A program made the position numbers and the translations under genes. Positions 35,667 through 44,184 of a stretch of DNA of 64,000 nt are shown one piece after another. The notes beneath the pieces are model-generated. The model was not told the origin of the DNA. It did not search any database and was given only the letters and a program-made list of their open reading frames with translations. Origin of the DNA: Candidatus Hydrogenedentota bacterium (GTDB lineage Bacteria > Hydrogenedentota > Hydrogenedentia > Hydrogenedentales > SLHB01); contig JAWXCN010000098.1 in the NCBI GenBank assembly GCA_034408725.1, positions 14,996 through 78,995 on the forward strand, read 5' to 3'. Positions within the stretch are counted from its first letter, which is position 1, and the number at the start of each line of letters is the position of its first letter.

Positions 35667-35712
35667 CATAGCGTCCGGGGACAGCCACCTCCATCCAAAA
35701 CGCGATGCCGGT
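35667..35712. repeat. 46-nt palindromic repeat, family A, copy 4
   Basis: GGGGACAGCCACCTCCATCCAAAACGCGATGCCGGTGACAGTCCCC. Confidence 0.85.
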
Positions 35713-35726
35713 GACAGTCCCCTCGG

Positions 35727-37652
35727 TTACTTCGGTACCTGTTCTTCTTCGGGTATTTCGATTGTCACACGCTTCGGTTTATCCCCGAAGTGTGTCGGCG
35801 TGCCGGTGTAAATGGCGTCGTTCATCCAAGCGAATTTACCGTCCGCATACGCGCTGGACACCTTATTCAGCACGCGATTGTGATTGCGCGAGACCTGTCG
35901 GAAGTTGCGTTCGATCCGTTCACGCGCCGACGCGCACAGGTAATCCACGAGATTCTGCAGATCTTCATCGTTTGGGTTCCTCGACAGCAACCGTTCCGCG
36001 CGCGCCAAACTCGCGGACATCGCAAACAGGTCGGTGCCGATATCGACGAAGCACGCGAGGATGAGTTGCTCAAATTCCAGTTTCGGTCCGAACTTGGCCA
36101 TCGTATGGAACATCGTTCGCGCAAGACGTTTGCTCGCACGGCCAATATAGTTGAGGTGCTCACGGTTCGCGGACGATAGATGTTTCGCGTCGTGACCGCC
36201 GCCCGCGGGCAACCAGGTCTTCGGATACCACGTAAGGTAGAACTTCGCGGCGCTGATGATCGCCTGAGTTTTGCTTTCCTTCTGTCCCGGCTTCGGCATG
36301 AGTATCGGCATCACCCGCCGCATGTGCATGTCCATTGCTTCGCGCGCGATGAACAGTTGCATGATTTCGCTCGTGCCTTCGATGATGCGCGAAATGCGCG
36401 CATTGCGCATCGACATTTCCACCGCAAACGGTTTCTCACCGCGCGCGCGAAGCGAAGCCGCGGTTTCGAAGCCGCGCCCGCCGCGCACCTGCAACACGTC
36501 ATCGCAAACCTTCCACGCGGTTTCCGTGCAGAAGTATTTCGCCATCGCCGACTCGAGACGGATGTCCGCGTCGCCCCGCTCAGCCAACGCGCACGCAAGA
36601 TCGTTGATACTTTCCATGGCGAACGTCGCCGCGGCAGTGTCGGCAAGTTTCTTGCCCACGGCCTGATGCTTGTAAATCGGCGCGCCCCATTGCACGCGCT
36701 CGTTCACCCAGTCGCGCAGGTGGTGCATTGCTGCCTTGCCACCGCCCGCGCATGTCGCCGGCACCGTCAAGCGGCCGGTGTTCAATGTGGTGAGCGCAAT
36801 CTTCAGCCCTTCTCCCGTCTTGCCGATGAGGTTTTCCGCGGGCACCTTCACGTTCGTAAAACGGAGCAGCCCGTTGCGGATGCCGCGCACGCCCATGAAC
36901 CGGCACACATGCACAACTTCAAAGCCCGGCGTATCCGTCTCGACGACAAACGCGGAGATTTGTTTCTTTTCCTTGCCATTGACGATCTTCGGAGGCGTCA
37001 CCGCCATCACCACGAGCAGTTCCGCGACAGGGCCATTCGTACACCACAATTTTTCGCCGTTGAGCAGATAGTACGAACCGTCTTCCGAAGGCGTTGCGGT
37101 CGTGGCCATCTTCGCGGGATCGGAACCCACGCTGGGCTCCGTCAACGCAAATGCCGACATCGCGCCTTTCGCGAGGCGCGGCATGAACTTGTCCTTCTGC
37201 GCCTTTGTCCCGAACAGCTTCAACGGCTGCGGCACGCCGATGCTGAGGTGCGAACTGATGTACACCGAAGTCGAGGCGCAGTACGACGCGATGTACGCGA
37301 CGATGCGGTTGTAATTCGTCTGCGACATGCCAAGGCCGCCGTACTCTTTCGATATTTTGATTCCGAAACAGCCGATGTCCGCCAGCGCGCGCAATGCCTC
37401 GCGCGGCACTTCCTCCTCGCGATCAACCTTCTCCGGGTCGATGTACTTCTCCATCACGACACGGACTTTTTCCATGTACTCGTCGCCGATGCGCTTGTCC
37501 TCCGGGTCCTGTTCGGGGAACGGGCTTATCAGTTCCCATCGGAAGTTTCCTTTGAACAGTTCCGCGACAAAACTCGGGTGGTCCCAGGATGTTTGACGCG
37601 AATCTTCGGCGAGATCCATGGCAGCTTTTTTTTCATGCTCGTGGGAGTTCAT
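35727..37652 (-). CDS. Long acyl-CoA dehydrogenase (VLCAD/ACAD9-like, with C-terminal extension)
   Basis: ACAD blocks AFALTEPSVGSDPAKM, WCTNG and RIIEGTSEIM, plus ~200 aa of C-terminal helical extension. ATG 37652 has a GAGGAAG RBS. Confidence 0.85.
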   Translation of the reverse strand: MNSHEHEKKAAMDLAEDSRQTSWDHPSFVAELFKGNFRWELISPFPEQDPEDKRIGDEYMEKVRVVMEKYIDPEKVDREEEVPREALRALADIGCFGIKISKEYGGLGMSQTNYNRIVAYIASYCASTSVYISSHLSIGVPQPLKLFGTKAQKDKFMPRLAKGAMSAFALTEPSVGSDPAKMATTATPSEDGSYYLLNGEKLWCTNGPVAELLVVMAVTPPKIVNGKEKKQISAFVVETDTPGFEVVHVCRFMGVRGIRNGLLRFTNVKVPAENLIGKTGEGLKIALTTLNTGRLTVPATCAGGGKAAMHHLRDWVNERVQWGAPIYKHQAVGKKLADTAAATFAMESINDLACALAERGDADIRLESAMAKYFCTETAWKVCDDVLQVRGGRGFETAASLRARGEKPFAVEMSMRNARISRIIEGTSEIMQLFIAREAMDMHMRRVMPILMPKPGQKESKTQAIISAAKFYLTWYPKTWLPAGGGHDAKHLSSANREHLNYIGRASKRLARTMFHTMAKFGPKLEFEQLILACFVDIGTDLFAMSASLARAERLLSRNPNDEDLQNLVDYLCASARERIERNFRQVSRNHNRVLNKVSSAYADGKFAWMNDAIYTGTPTHFGDKPKRVTIEIPEEEQVPK

Positions 37653-37694
37653 GGAGGTCTTCCTCATGGTTGCCGCAAGCCAGCGGGTAATACT

Positions 37695-37712
37695 ACCTAC
37701 TATTCAGTAGGT
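37695..37712. promoter_or_regulatory. Operator-like palindrome in a divergent promoter region
   Basis: ACCTACT-attc-AGTAGGT (7-bp arms) between the divergently transcribed ACAD and DUF1015 genes. Confidence 0.3.
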
Positions 37713-37849
37713 TTAGTCTATCCAAGAACTCCGCGCGTGTCAACGGATTCCACGCGCTCGGGTTAAGACCTTGAATCAGGTCCAGTCCAACGGTAAGATT
37801 TTGCCTTTAGTGTGTGCATTTTGTGCTGTCCGAAAAGGAGTTATGGGAT

Positions 37850-39220
37850 ATGGCTGAGGTACGCGGATTTCGCGCGTTTCGATTTGATAAGGCGGTTGTC
37901 GGCAACCTGGACAACGCCATTACGCCCCCATTCGACGTCATCAGCGACGAGGAACGCGAGATTCTGGCGGCGCGGGGGCCGCACAACTATGTGCACGTGA
38001 TCCTGCCCCATGACCGGGATGGACAGAGCAAGTACGAGGTGGCTGCGGACATTTTCGAAAAGTGGATCGCCGATGGCGCATTGAAGCAGGACGACGCGGA
38101 TTCGTTCTACCTGCTGGAGCAGACCTTCACCGGGCTCGACGGCCAGGAGCATGTGCGGCGCGGATTTCTGGGTGTGGCGAAAATTCCAGAGCCGGGCGAG
38201 GACACAGTGCTCGGGCACGAGCGGACGTTCGACTGGAAGGTTACGGACCGGCTGGCGTTGACCGGCACGACCAAGGCGAATCTCGGCGCGGTGTTTGTCC
38301 TTTACGAGGATGAGCAGCACGCACTCGCGAATTTTCTCGGTCAGATGGAGAAGCGCGAGCCGGACATGGTCGCAACGACCATCGACGGCGTGAAGCAGCG
38401 CGTCTGGCGGGTTGCCGCTGACTCGGCGGTGACGAAGTTTTTTGACGGGAAGAAGCTTTATATTGCGGACGGACACCACCGGTACCGCACCGCGCACACG
38501 TATCGCGACAAGATGCGGCTTGCCGAAAGAGGGAACATCCCCCTAAATCCCCCTTCAAAGGGGGACTTAAGAGGGAACGAGCCAACGTCGAAGGGTGAAT
38601 TAAGTGGGGCGCAGGGTGAATCAAGAGGCGGCGATCCGGTGTCGAAGGGGGACTCGATACCGCGATACGAGTATGTGCTGATGGGTTTCATCTCGCTGGA
38701 TGATCCCGGCCTGTTCGTGTATCCCGCGCACCGCGTCGTGGATGCGCCCGCAGGGTTCAACGAAGCGCAGTTCTTGAAATCACTGGAGCCGTGGTTCGAA
38801 GTGTTGCCGGTCGACGGCGATCTGAATGCGCACGTGCAGGATGAGTTGGACTCCGCCATCGGCGTCGCGTTCAAATCCGGCAAACATTACGTGCTGCGCC
38901 TGCGCGAAATCGACCGCACGGCACTCCTCGGCGCCGAACACGGTCCCGCATGGCGCGCGCTGGACGTCGCCGTCCTACACGGCGGCATCCTCGAACGCAT
39001 CCTCAACTACGCCCCCGACGCCCAACACATCTACGAAAAAGACCCGCGCGTCGCCCTCGACCTCGTCGCCTCCGGCAAAAAAGACATGACCTTTATCCTC
39101 CGCAACATGCAACCGGAACAGGTCTGCGCCTGTGCCGAAGCCCGCGAATCCATGCCGCAGAAGGCGACGTACTTTTTCCCGAAGCTGCCATCCGGCGCCG
39201 CGATACACATGCTGATGTAG
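37850..39220 (+). CDS. DUF1015 family protein carrying an in-frame repeat-derived insertion
   Basis: MAEVRGFRAFRF...ITPPFDVIS and ADGHHRY motifs. AAGGAG RBS. Residues ~230-267 (NIPLNPPSKGDLRGNEPTSKGELSGAQGESRGGDPVSKGDS) are encoded by family B repeat DNA. Confidence 0.85.
   Translation: MAEVRGFRAFRFDKAVVGNLDNAITPPFDVISDEEREILAARGPHNYVHVILPHDRDGQSKYEVAADIFEKWIADGALKQDDADSFYLLEQTFTGLDGQEHVRRGFLGVAKIPEPGEDTVLGHERTFDWKVTDRLALTGTTKANLGAVFVLYEDEQHALANFLGQMEKREPDMVATTIDGVKQRVWRVAADSAVTKFFDGKKLYIADGHHRYRTAHTYRDKMRLAERGNIPLNPPSKGDLRGNEPTSKGELSGAQGESRGGDPVSKGDSIPRYEYVLMGFISLDDPGLFVYPAHRVVDAPAGFNEAQFLKSLEPWFEVLPVDGDLNAHVQDELDSAIGVAFKSGKHYVLRLREIDRTALLGAEHGPAWRALDVAVLHGGILERILNYAPDAQHIYEKDPRVALDLVASGKKDMTFILRNMQPEQVCACAEARESMPQKATYFFPKLPSGAAIHMLM
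38536..38650. repeat. Family B repeat, copy 5 (reverse orientation) plus 3 degenerate tandem sub-units, inside a CDS
   Basis: 38536-38568 CATCCCCCTAAATCCCCCTTCAAAGGGGGACTT is the reverse complement of AAGTCCCCCTTTGAAGGGGGATTTAGGGGGATG. It is followed by TCGAAGGGTGAATTAAGTGGGG, CAGGGTGAATCAAGAGGCGG and TCGAAGGGGGACTCGATACC. Confidence 0.85.
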
Positions 39221-39375
39221 CGCTGAATTCCGATTCGGCGCACGTCGCGTAGGATCACTTCGAAATGCAATAATCCCGAAACGAAGGGTTTGCTAAGAGT
39301 AGGCTATGGTGTTTTCCGGAGGCATTGCTCGTTACGCGGCGTATCGGAATGGGAGGCCGTCCGTTGGTGATTCCT

Positions 39376-39401
39376 CGTTACGAAATTTCCATTTCGTAAC
39401 G
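39376..39401. repeat. Perfect 11-bp-stem hairpin just 3' of the decayed transposase gene
   Basis: CGTTACGAAAT-ttcc-ATTTCGTAACG. It lies 43 nt downstream of the pseudogene stop on the minus strand. Confidence 0.8.
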
Positions 39402-39443
39402 CACTCTTGACAAGCTCCGCTTTGGTCTTTCGACTTGGTCGGC

Positions 39444-39988
39444 TCACCGCCCCAACTCATCAATCTCCATAACCGAATGATCCCCCAACATATAATTCCT
39501 TGCCGACGAATACCGCCAATGCTCTGGCGCATCCACATACCCCCGCCGGACCGGGTTATTATGGATGTACTCCATCTTCTGATTCAGCATGTCATCATCA
39601 ACAATCAACTGCGGATGCGCGCCCTCCTGCCAGACTGATGCCGGCTCGCGTCTTTGTACCGCTTCTTGTACAACATGAATTGATTCAACAACCCTCGTCG
39701 CCCCGACGCCTCCGCCAGCGCGACGATCTCCATCGCTGTAAACCCCTTGAACGCCCGCATGACCCCACTCAAATCTGGTGCGCCCGCGACCAGGTGCAAA
39801 TGGTTCTCCATGATCACGTAAGCGTACAACCGCAAGCCTTTATTTGCGCGACAGAACGAGAGCGAATCAATGATCACGTCGAAGTACGGCCGGGATTGGA
39901 ATACAGGTAACCATTCGACGATGGTGCACGTGAGAAAGTAGACGCGTCTACGATACGATAGCGGGAGCGCATGAGGGGAAAATATATG
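39444..39988 (-). pseudogene. Decayed HUH/Y1 transposase (COG1943; IS200-like/REP-associated tyrosine transposase type)
   Basis: Frame A reads RRVYFLTCTIVEW...YAYVIMENHLHLV (HUH)...FMLYKKRYKDASRHQ. After a 1-nt shift near 39633-39640, frame B reads VWQEGAHPQLIVDDDMLNQKMEYIHNNPVRRGYVDAPEHWRYSSARNY. No ATG, GTG or TTG precedes the conserved N-terminal strand. Confidence 0.7.
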
Positions 39989-40203
39989 TCAAAGCAAAGC
40001 TTTTCAAGAGCGCGTTATGCAAACCTTCACCGAAGCCATGCACCTCGCCCATGCATCGAGACTGGAGCTGTTGAGGCCGTCGAGATTGGGCCCTACGGAC
40101 AGCTCGTCAGAGGCGGCGGCAGCGGCGGAACACGCAGCATAAATTACTGTATTCGTAACCAACACCAAAGGGATACTGTCAACTCAAGTATTGTTCAGGA
40201 CAG

Positions 40204-40980
40204 CTAAGCCTTTCGCCATTCGACTCTCTGTATTTTTATATCGGGAAACATATCTCCCAGCATTTCCTCTTGTGGCGACACCAGATTATTAACTAATACC
40301 ATGAACGGTTTCATAACTTTTGCGTCAAGACCAGAACCAAGTTTCCTAAAGGTTCGCGTGAAGGTAAAAGCGGCGGAATCGGCGACTTGAAGCAGCGCAC
40401 ATTCTGATTTATTCCAAAATATGGGGTTGTGAACTATTCTCTGGAATGGAAAATAAGTCGCCGACAAGGCGCTGCTAGCTTCGCTATTAAGGACTTTGTG
40501 CTGGTCTCTTATTGCCTTGCGATAGCACGGAGTGTCTTCATACACCAGCATGCAGGTTTCACTACCCTGATTTCTCATATACGCTTCAATTGCCAGAGCA
40601 CAACGCGCGGATGCCAACTTGAGCGCGTAAGCAATCCGTTCTTTTTCGTTGCCGATTCGTCTTAGGCGTCGATCAACCACACCCATCACAACCGGCAAAT
40701 TAAACTCTGCTATAATCGCAATCGTATCGTTAAGTAGGCCAAGCCTCTTGTCTTCTGAATAAATGTTCTTGTCAAATGTCCTATTACCCCAAAGAATATC
40801 CGTCCCATGAAGCACAACATCATCGGACTGGACGGCGAAAAATGCCGTTTTTATCTCCGAGAGCCTGTGTTCGATTGCTTTCAATTGCGAGTCCATGTTG
40901 ACGACCACACCAGCGATCACAACAAAGGGATCGTGCTCCAATTTGCCAAGCCCAGAGTCATCTAAAAAAGCAACTCGCAT
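40204..40980 (-). CDS. DUF3800 domain protein
   Basis: N-terminal MRVAFLDDSG (the DESG-type motif) and C-terminal LLQVADSAAF (the Q..AD motif). About 45% GC versus ~60% in the flanks. Confidence 0.65.
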   Translation of the reverse strand: MRVAFLDDSGLGKLEHDPFVVIAGVVVNMDSQLKAIEHRLSEIKTAFFAVQSDDVVLHGTDILWGNRTFDKNIYSEDKRLGLLNDTIAIIAEFNLPVVMGVVDRRLRRIGNEKERIAYALKLASARCALAIEAYMRNQGSETCMLVYEDTPCYRKAIRDQHKVLNSEASSALSATYFPFQRIVHNPIFWNKSECALLQVADSAAFTFTRTFRKLGSGLDAKVMKPFMVLVNNLVSPQEEMLGDMFPDIKIQRVEWRKA

Positions 40981-41067
40981 GAAGCTATCCCCTAACAGTT
41001 CGCCACTGCCAAACGCGCGTAGCCACCTCATGCTTATACTCCCATATGCTAAGGGAGATGAGTAATT

Positions 41068-41640
41068 CCCGTGGTGACGAATCACGCACCTTGTCGCCGA
41101 GCCCAGCGCGAAGATTCGCTAGCGAAAGCCCTGCGAGACGTGCATATGGTCTATGCGATGCGGTTCAATCTGGCCACGTCTGGTAGAGCCTATTCTACTC
41201 GCATCCGGTGGACGAATCGCGCCTGTGGGGCCGCCGTGCTACGTCGAACCTAGTATAATCCGCGTGGGCCTTGTATCTCATGCCGCGAACTATCCATGGC
41301 CTAGCAGTCCGTGGCAGAAGTAATTTTGATGCGTCCCGTCCCCCGGAAAAAAGGCGTTTTTCGATATCGAAATGGTCATTTTCGACTTCTGCCACGGGCT
41401 GCTAGTGCGAAGCCATATTGTGGCACGGCTGGGCGGAAAGGCTACAAACTGAGAACGAAGATTGATATGGCGCTCGTTCGCAACACCACCCGAACGGGCC
41501 GCCCTTGTGTTGGAGAGCAATTTCTCCTCCAGATCGAAAATCTGCTTGGATGGGTCTTACGCCCAAAAAATGACGAGAGAAAACCCAAACCACCCTCGCA
41601 AGCAAACCCGCCAAAGAGGCTAATTCGTGTCTGGCCCTGA
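41068..41640 (+). pseudogene. Second decayed COG1943-type HUH/Y1 transposase remnant (different subfamily)
   Basis: A single frame reads VTNHAPCRRAQREDSLAKALRDVHMVYAMRFN...AAVLRRT*YNPRGP...ELSMA*QS...RNTTRTGRPCVGEQFLLQIENLLGWVLRPKNDERKPKP. It resembles ..NHVHLV..REDSLARAL..THMRYA..ERNPVRAG..YPWSS..RTGRPLGS..F...E..LGR.LRP.K.GRP. In-frame TAG codons at 41251 and 41299. The N-terminus is missing. Confidence 0.55.
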
Positions 41641-41737
41641 ATTCATCACGCCCGCTCCCCGTCGGCCGACCCAGAAAGGACCAACCCACATAGGTGGCTG
41701 CTGTCCCCAAAAAATCACGCACGCCATGGGTGGCGTG

Positions 41738-41766
41738 TTGACTGGCTCCAAAACCCATGCTACCCT
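41738..41766 (+). promoter_or_regulatory. Putative sigma70-type promoter for the DUF4352 gene
   Basis: TTGACT-N17-TACCCT. It is preceded by the palindrome CACGCCA-tggg-TGGCGTG (41719-41736). Confidence 0.3.
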
Positions 41767-41787
41767 AAAAGTTTGGGGACACATCTA

Positions 41788-42807
41788 ATGAACCAAGAGA
41801 CTAAACGCCAGTCCCACGAGCTCACACCGGAGTTTTCGCCTCCAGAATCAGTTGAGCAAACCAGTAATTCGACTGAAGACCAAGAATACTTACTCTGGGC
41901 TCTTTTTGGCGCTGTAGTCGTATGTGTTTTCGTATTTATTACATTTATCTCTGCATCTATAAAAAGCCAAAGCAGCATTCACGTGGATTCCGCTCAACAA
42001 ATTCTTTCTCAGCCTCAACCAGCTATTTCTCCTCCTTCCATTGGCGACGACGTGCAAGTAGGTGACATGCGATGGAGAGTAACTGAGGTAGTTGAGTTGG
42101 GGCCGCAAATTGGAGATCCGAAATCAGTCTTGGGTTCTCTAACGGCAGAAACTACGTCCGGTAGGTTTGTTGGGGTTAGGTTTGAAGTCCAAAATAATGG
42201 AGATAAACCAAAAGACTTTAGTTTCCACCACCTTAAAATAATCGATAGTCTTGGTCGTGAATTTGAGGCATCAGGCAGTGGATTTAAAACTCTAAATCCA
42301 ACAATAAAAATTAGCAGTGAAGTAAAATTTGAAGTTGCAAAAGAGTCCGTAGATTTAAAACTTAAAGTAGATAATCTTCACTTCTTTCTCGATAGGAAAG
42401 AGACTGTTATTGATCTTGCGCAAGCTTCTACAACGGTAAGCAGCATTGCTACACCTTCTGTCGCGCCGAATTTAAAGACGCTGAAAGTTCGCGGAATCTC
42501 TATAGACTATTCAAGTATGCCAATTGTCAAGATAAACATTGAAATCACGAATAACTCGGATAAGCTCATCGATTCCTGGGCTCTTGATGGATCACTTTTG
42601 GACGCCGCTGGCAATGTAGTGGCAAGTAATATCTTGCGGGATAACGATCTTAAGCCAGGGGAGCCGATATACAAGCAATTGCTTTTTGTTAGAAGCGATT
42701 TTAGTCGCTCCGTTTCTTGGAAACCGAGTATCTTTTCGCTAGCAACGAAGAACGCATCGGGCCAGCTCAAGGACATCAGTGGGCAATACAAAATAGATTT
42801 TCAATGA
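41788..42807 (+). CDS. Single-pass membrane protein with two DUF4352-like beta-sandwich domains
   Basis: One TM helix (LLWALFGAVVVCVFVFITFISASI). Domain 1 reads GDMRWRVTEV...GRFVGVRFEVQNNGDKPKDFSFHHLKIIDSLGREFEA. Domain 2 reads VKINIEITNNSDKLIDSWALDGSLLDAAGNVV. Very low GC (hand counts of 33-40% per line). Confidence 0.6.
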   Translation: MNQETKRQSHELTPEFSPPESVEQTSNSTEDQEYLLWALFGAVVVCVFVFITFISASIKSQSSIHVDSAQQILSQPQPAISPPSIGDDVQVGDMRWRVTEVVELGPQIGDPKSVLGSLTAETTSGRFVGVRFEVQNNGDKPKDFSFHHLKIIDSLGREFEASGSGFKTLNPTIKISSEVKFEVAKESVDLKLKVDNLHFFLDRKETVIDLAQASTTVSSIATPSVAPNLKTLKVRGISIDYSSMPIVKINIEITNNSDKLIDSWALDGSLLDAAGNVVASNILRDNDLKPGEPIYKQLLFVRSDFSRSVSWKPSIFSLATKNASGQLKDISGQYKIDFQ

Positions 42808-42978
42808 TTCACTTTGTCTGTAATGCGGGCCTTAATTACCACGCAAAATTGATCAAAGTAGTAGAAATATAAGTCCCCGAGGGATATCCATTACGCCACT
42901 CACCGCGGACAAAAGGCATGCGCATACGACCAACTACGCAGTGCTGAAACAGCGTGGAATTGGTGCTGTCATTCCCTC

Positions 42979-44151
42979 TTGGCCATTTCCTTCGTGACGG
43001 GACACGCTGTCCCTGTTTATTCACCTACGCCTAGCTCCCCGCCTAAAATCAATCGAACAAGCTTCCTGACCGCCAAACACCACAACGGCTATTGCCTCTG
43101 GCCCAGCAAGACGACCGAGTACAGCGTGCGGAACAGTCCATGGAAAAATGGCGAGGGCGATGTCGTGCGCGAGTTCGTCGATGCCGCGCGCCGGCACGGT
43201 TTGAAACCGGGTCTATACCTCTCCGGCGGCGACAAACATTTTCCCTGCGCAAGCACGCCGCAGCCTATTGGCGAGCGCATACTCGAAGGTGATCGCAACG
43301 CCTATTTTTCCGTGTACCTCGAACAACTGCGCGAACTGCTCACCAACTACGGCGAGTTGTGCATGCTTTGGTTCGATGGCGCATACGACCCCTTCGGCTG
43401 GGACGTTCGCAACGGGCAGGGCGCGTTTCTCGGTCCCGCGTTCGGCGATGCCATCGCGTTAATAGTCCACGAGCTTCAACCCAACGCGGTGATTTTCAAC
43501 GGCACACGCCCCGACATTCGCTGGTCCGGCAGCGAACGCGGCCAGGCGACGTATCCGCTGTGGAACGTGGTGACGCCCGAAGAAGCGACGCAGGTGTGGT
43601 GCCCCGTGTACACCAATGGATACGTCCCGGCAGAGGCGGTGCTGCATCCGCGCAAAGGCTGGTTCTGGCAACCAGATACAGATGGCACATTGCTTCCGGT
43701 AAACGACCTCATCGAAATCGTTCACAGCTCGGTAGGCAATGGCGCTAACCTGCTCATCAATCTGACGCCGGATACGCGCGGGTTGGTCCCTGATGCAGAA
43801 GTCGCGCGGATGCGGGAATTCGGCGCCGCCGGGAAACAGCTTTACGGCTCCCCGCTGGCGACGGTGGACAGCACTGACAAGTGGGAAGAAGGAAATGTAC
43901 TGACGCTCAAGTTGCCAAGTGAATCGATGGTGAACCGGGTTGTGCTCGAAGAAGACCTCAAGTTTGGCCAGCGCATCAAGGAATACCGAATCGAAGCGAA
44001 AACCGCCGAGGGTTGGAAAACCGTCGCCGAGGGCCAATCAATCGGGCGGATGCGGATCGAGCGGTTCTCTCCTGTATCAACGGACGCGCTTCGACTGCGC
44101 GTTACCAAGACGTTTCCACTACCAAAGGTCAGGCGGTTTACCGCGTTTTAG
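42979..44151 (+). pseudogene. GH29 alpha-L-fucosidase, 5'-truncated
   Basis: LTAKHHNGYCLWPSKTTEYSVRNSPWKNGEGDVVREFVDAARRHGLKPGLYLSGGD and LWFDGAYD (nucleophile Asp region). C-terminal beta-sandwich domain. Only ~30 codons (TTG start) precede the KHH block, and there is no signal peptide or first barrel strands. Confidence 0.6.
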
Positions 44152-44184
44152 GAGTTCAACACACCGTTGATAGCGCTCGTGGCG

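Noticed and set aside
36180-37766. 528-aa plus-strand ORF opposite the acyl-CoA dehydrogenase gene
   Set aside because: It is a shadow ORF. The ACAD motifs lie on the minus strand.
39970-40203. 78-aa plus ORF (MRGKYMSKQS...) between the dead transposase and the DUF3800 gene
   Set aside because: It has no RBS, a Gly/Arg-rich low-complexity centre and no motif. It is probably non-coding junction DNA of the insertion.
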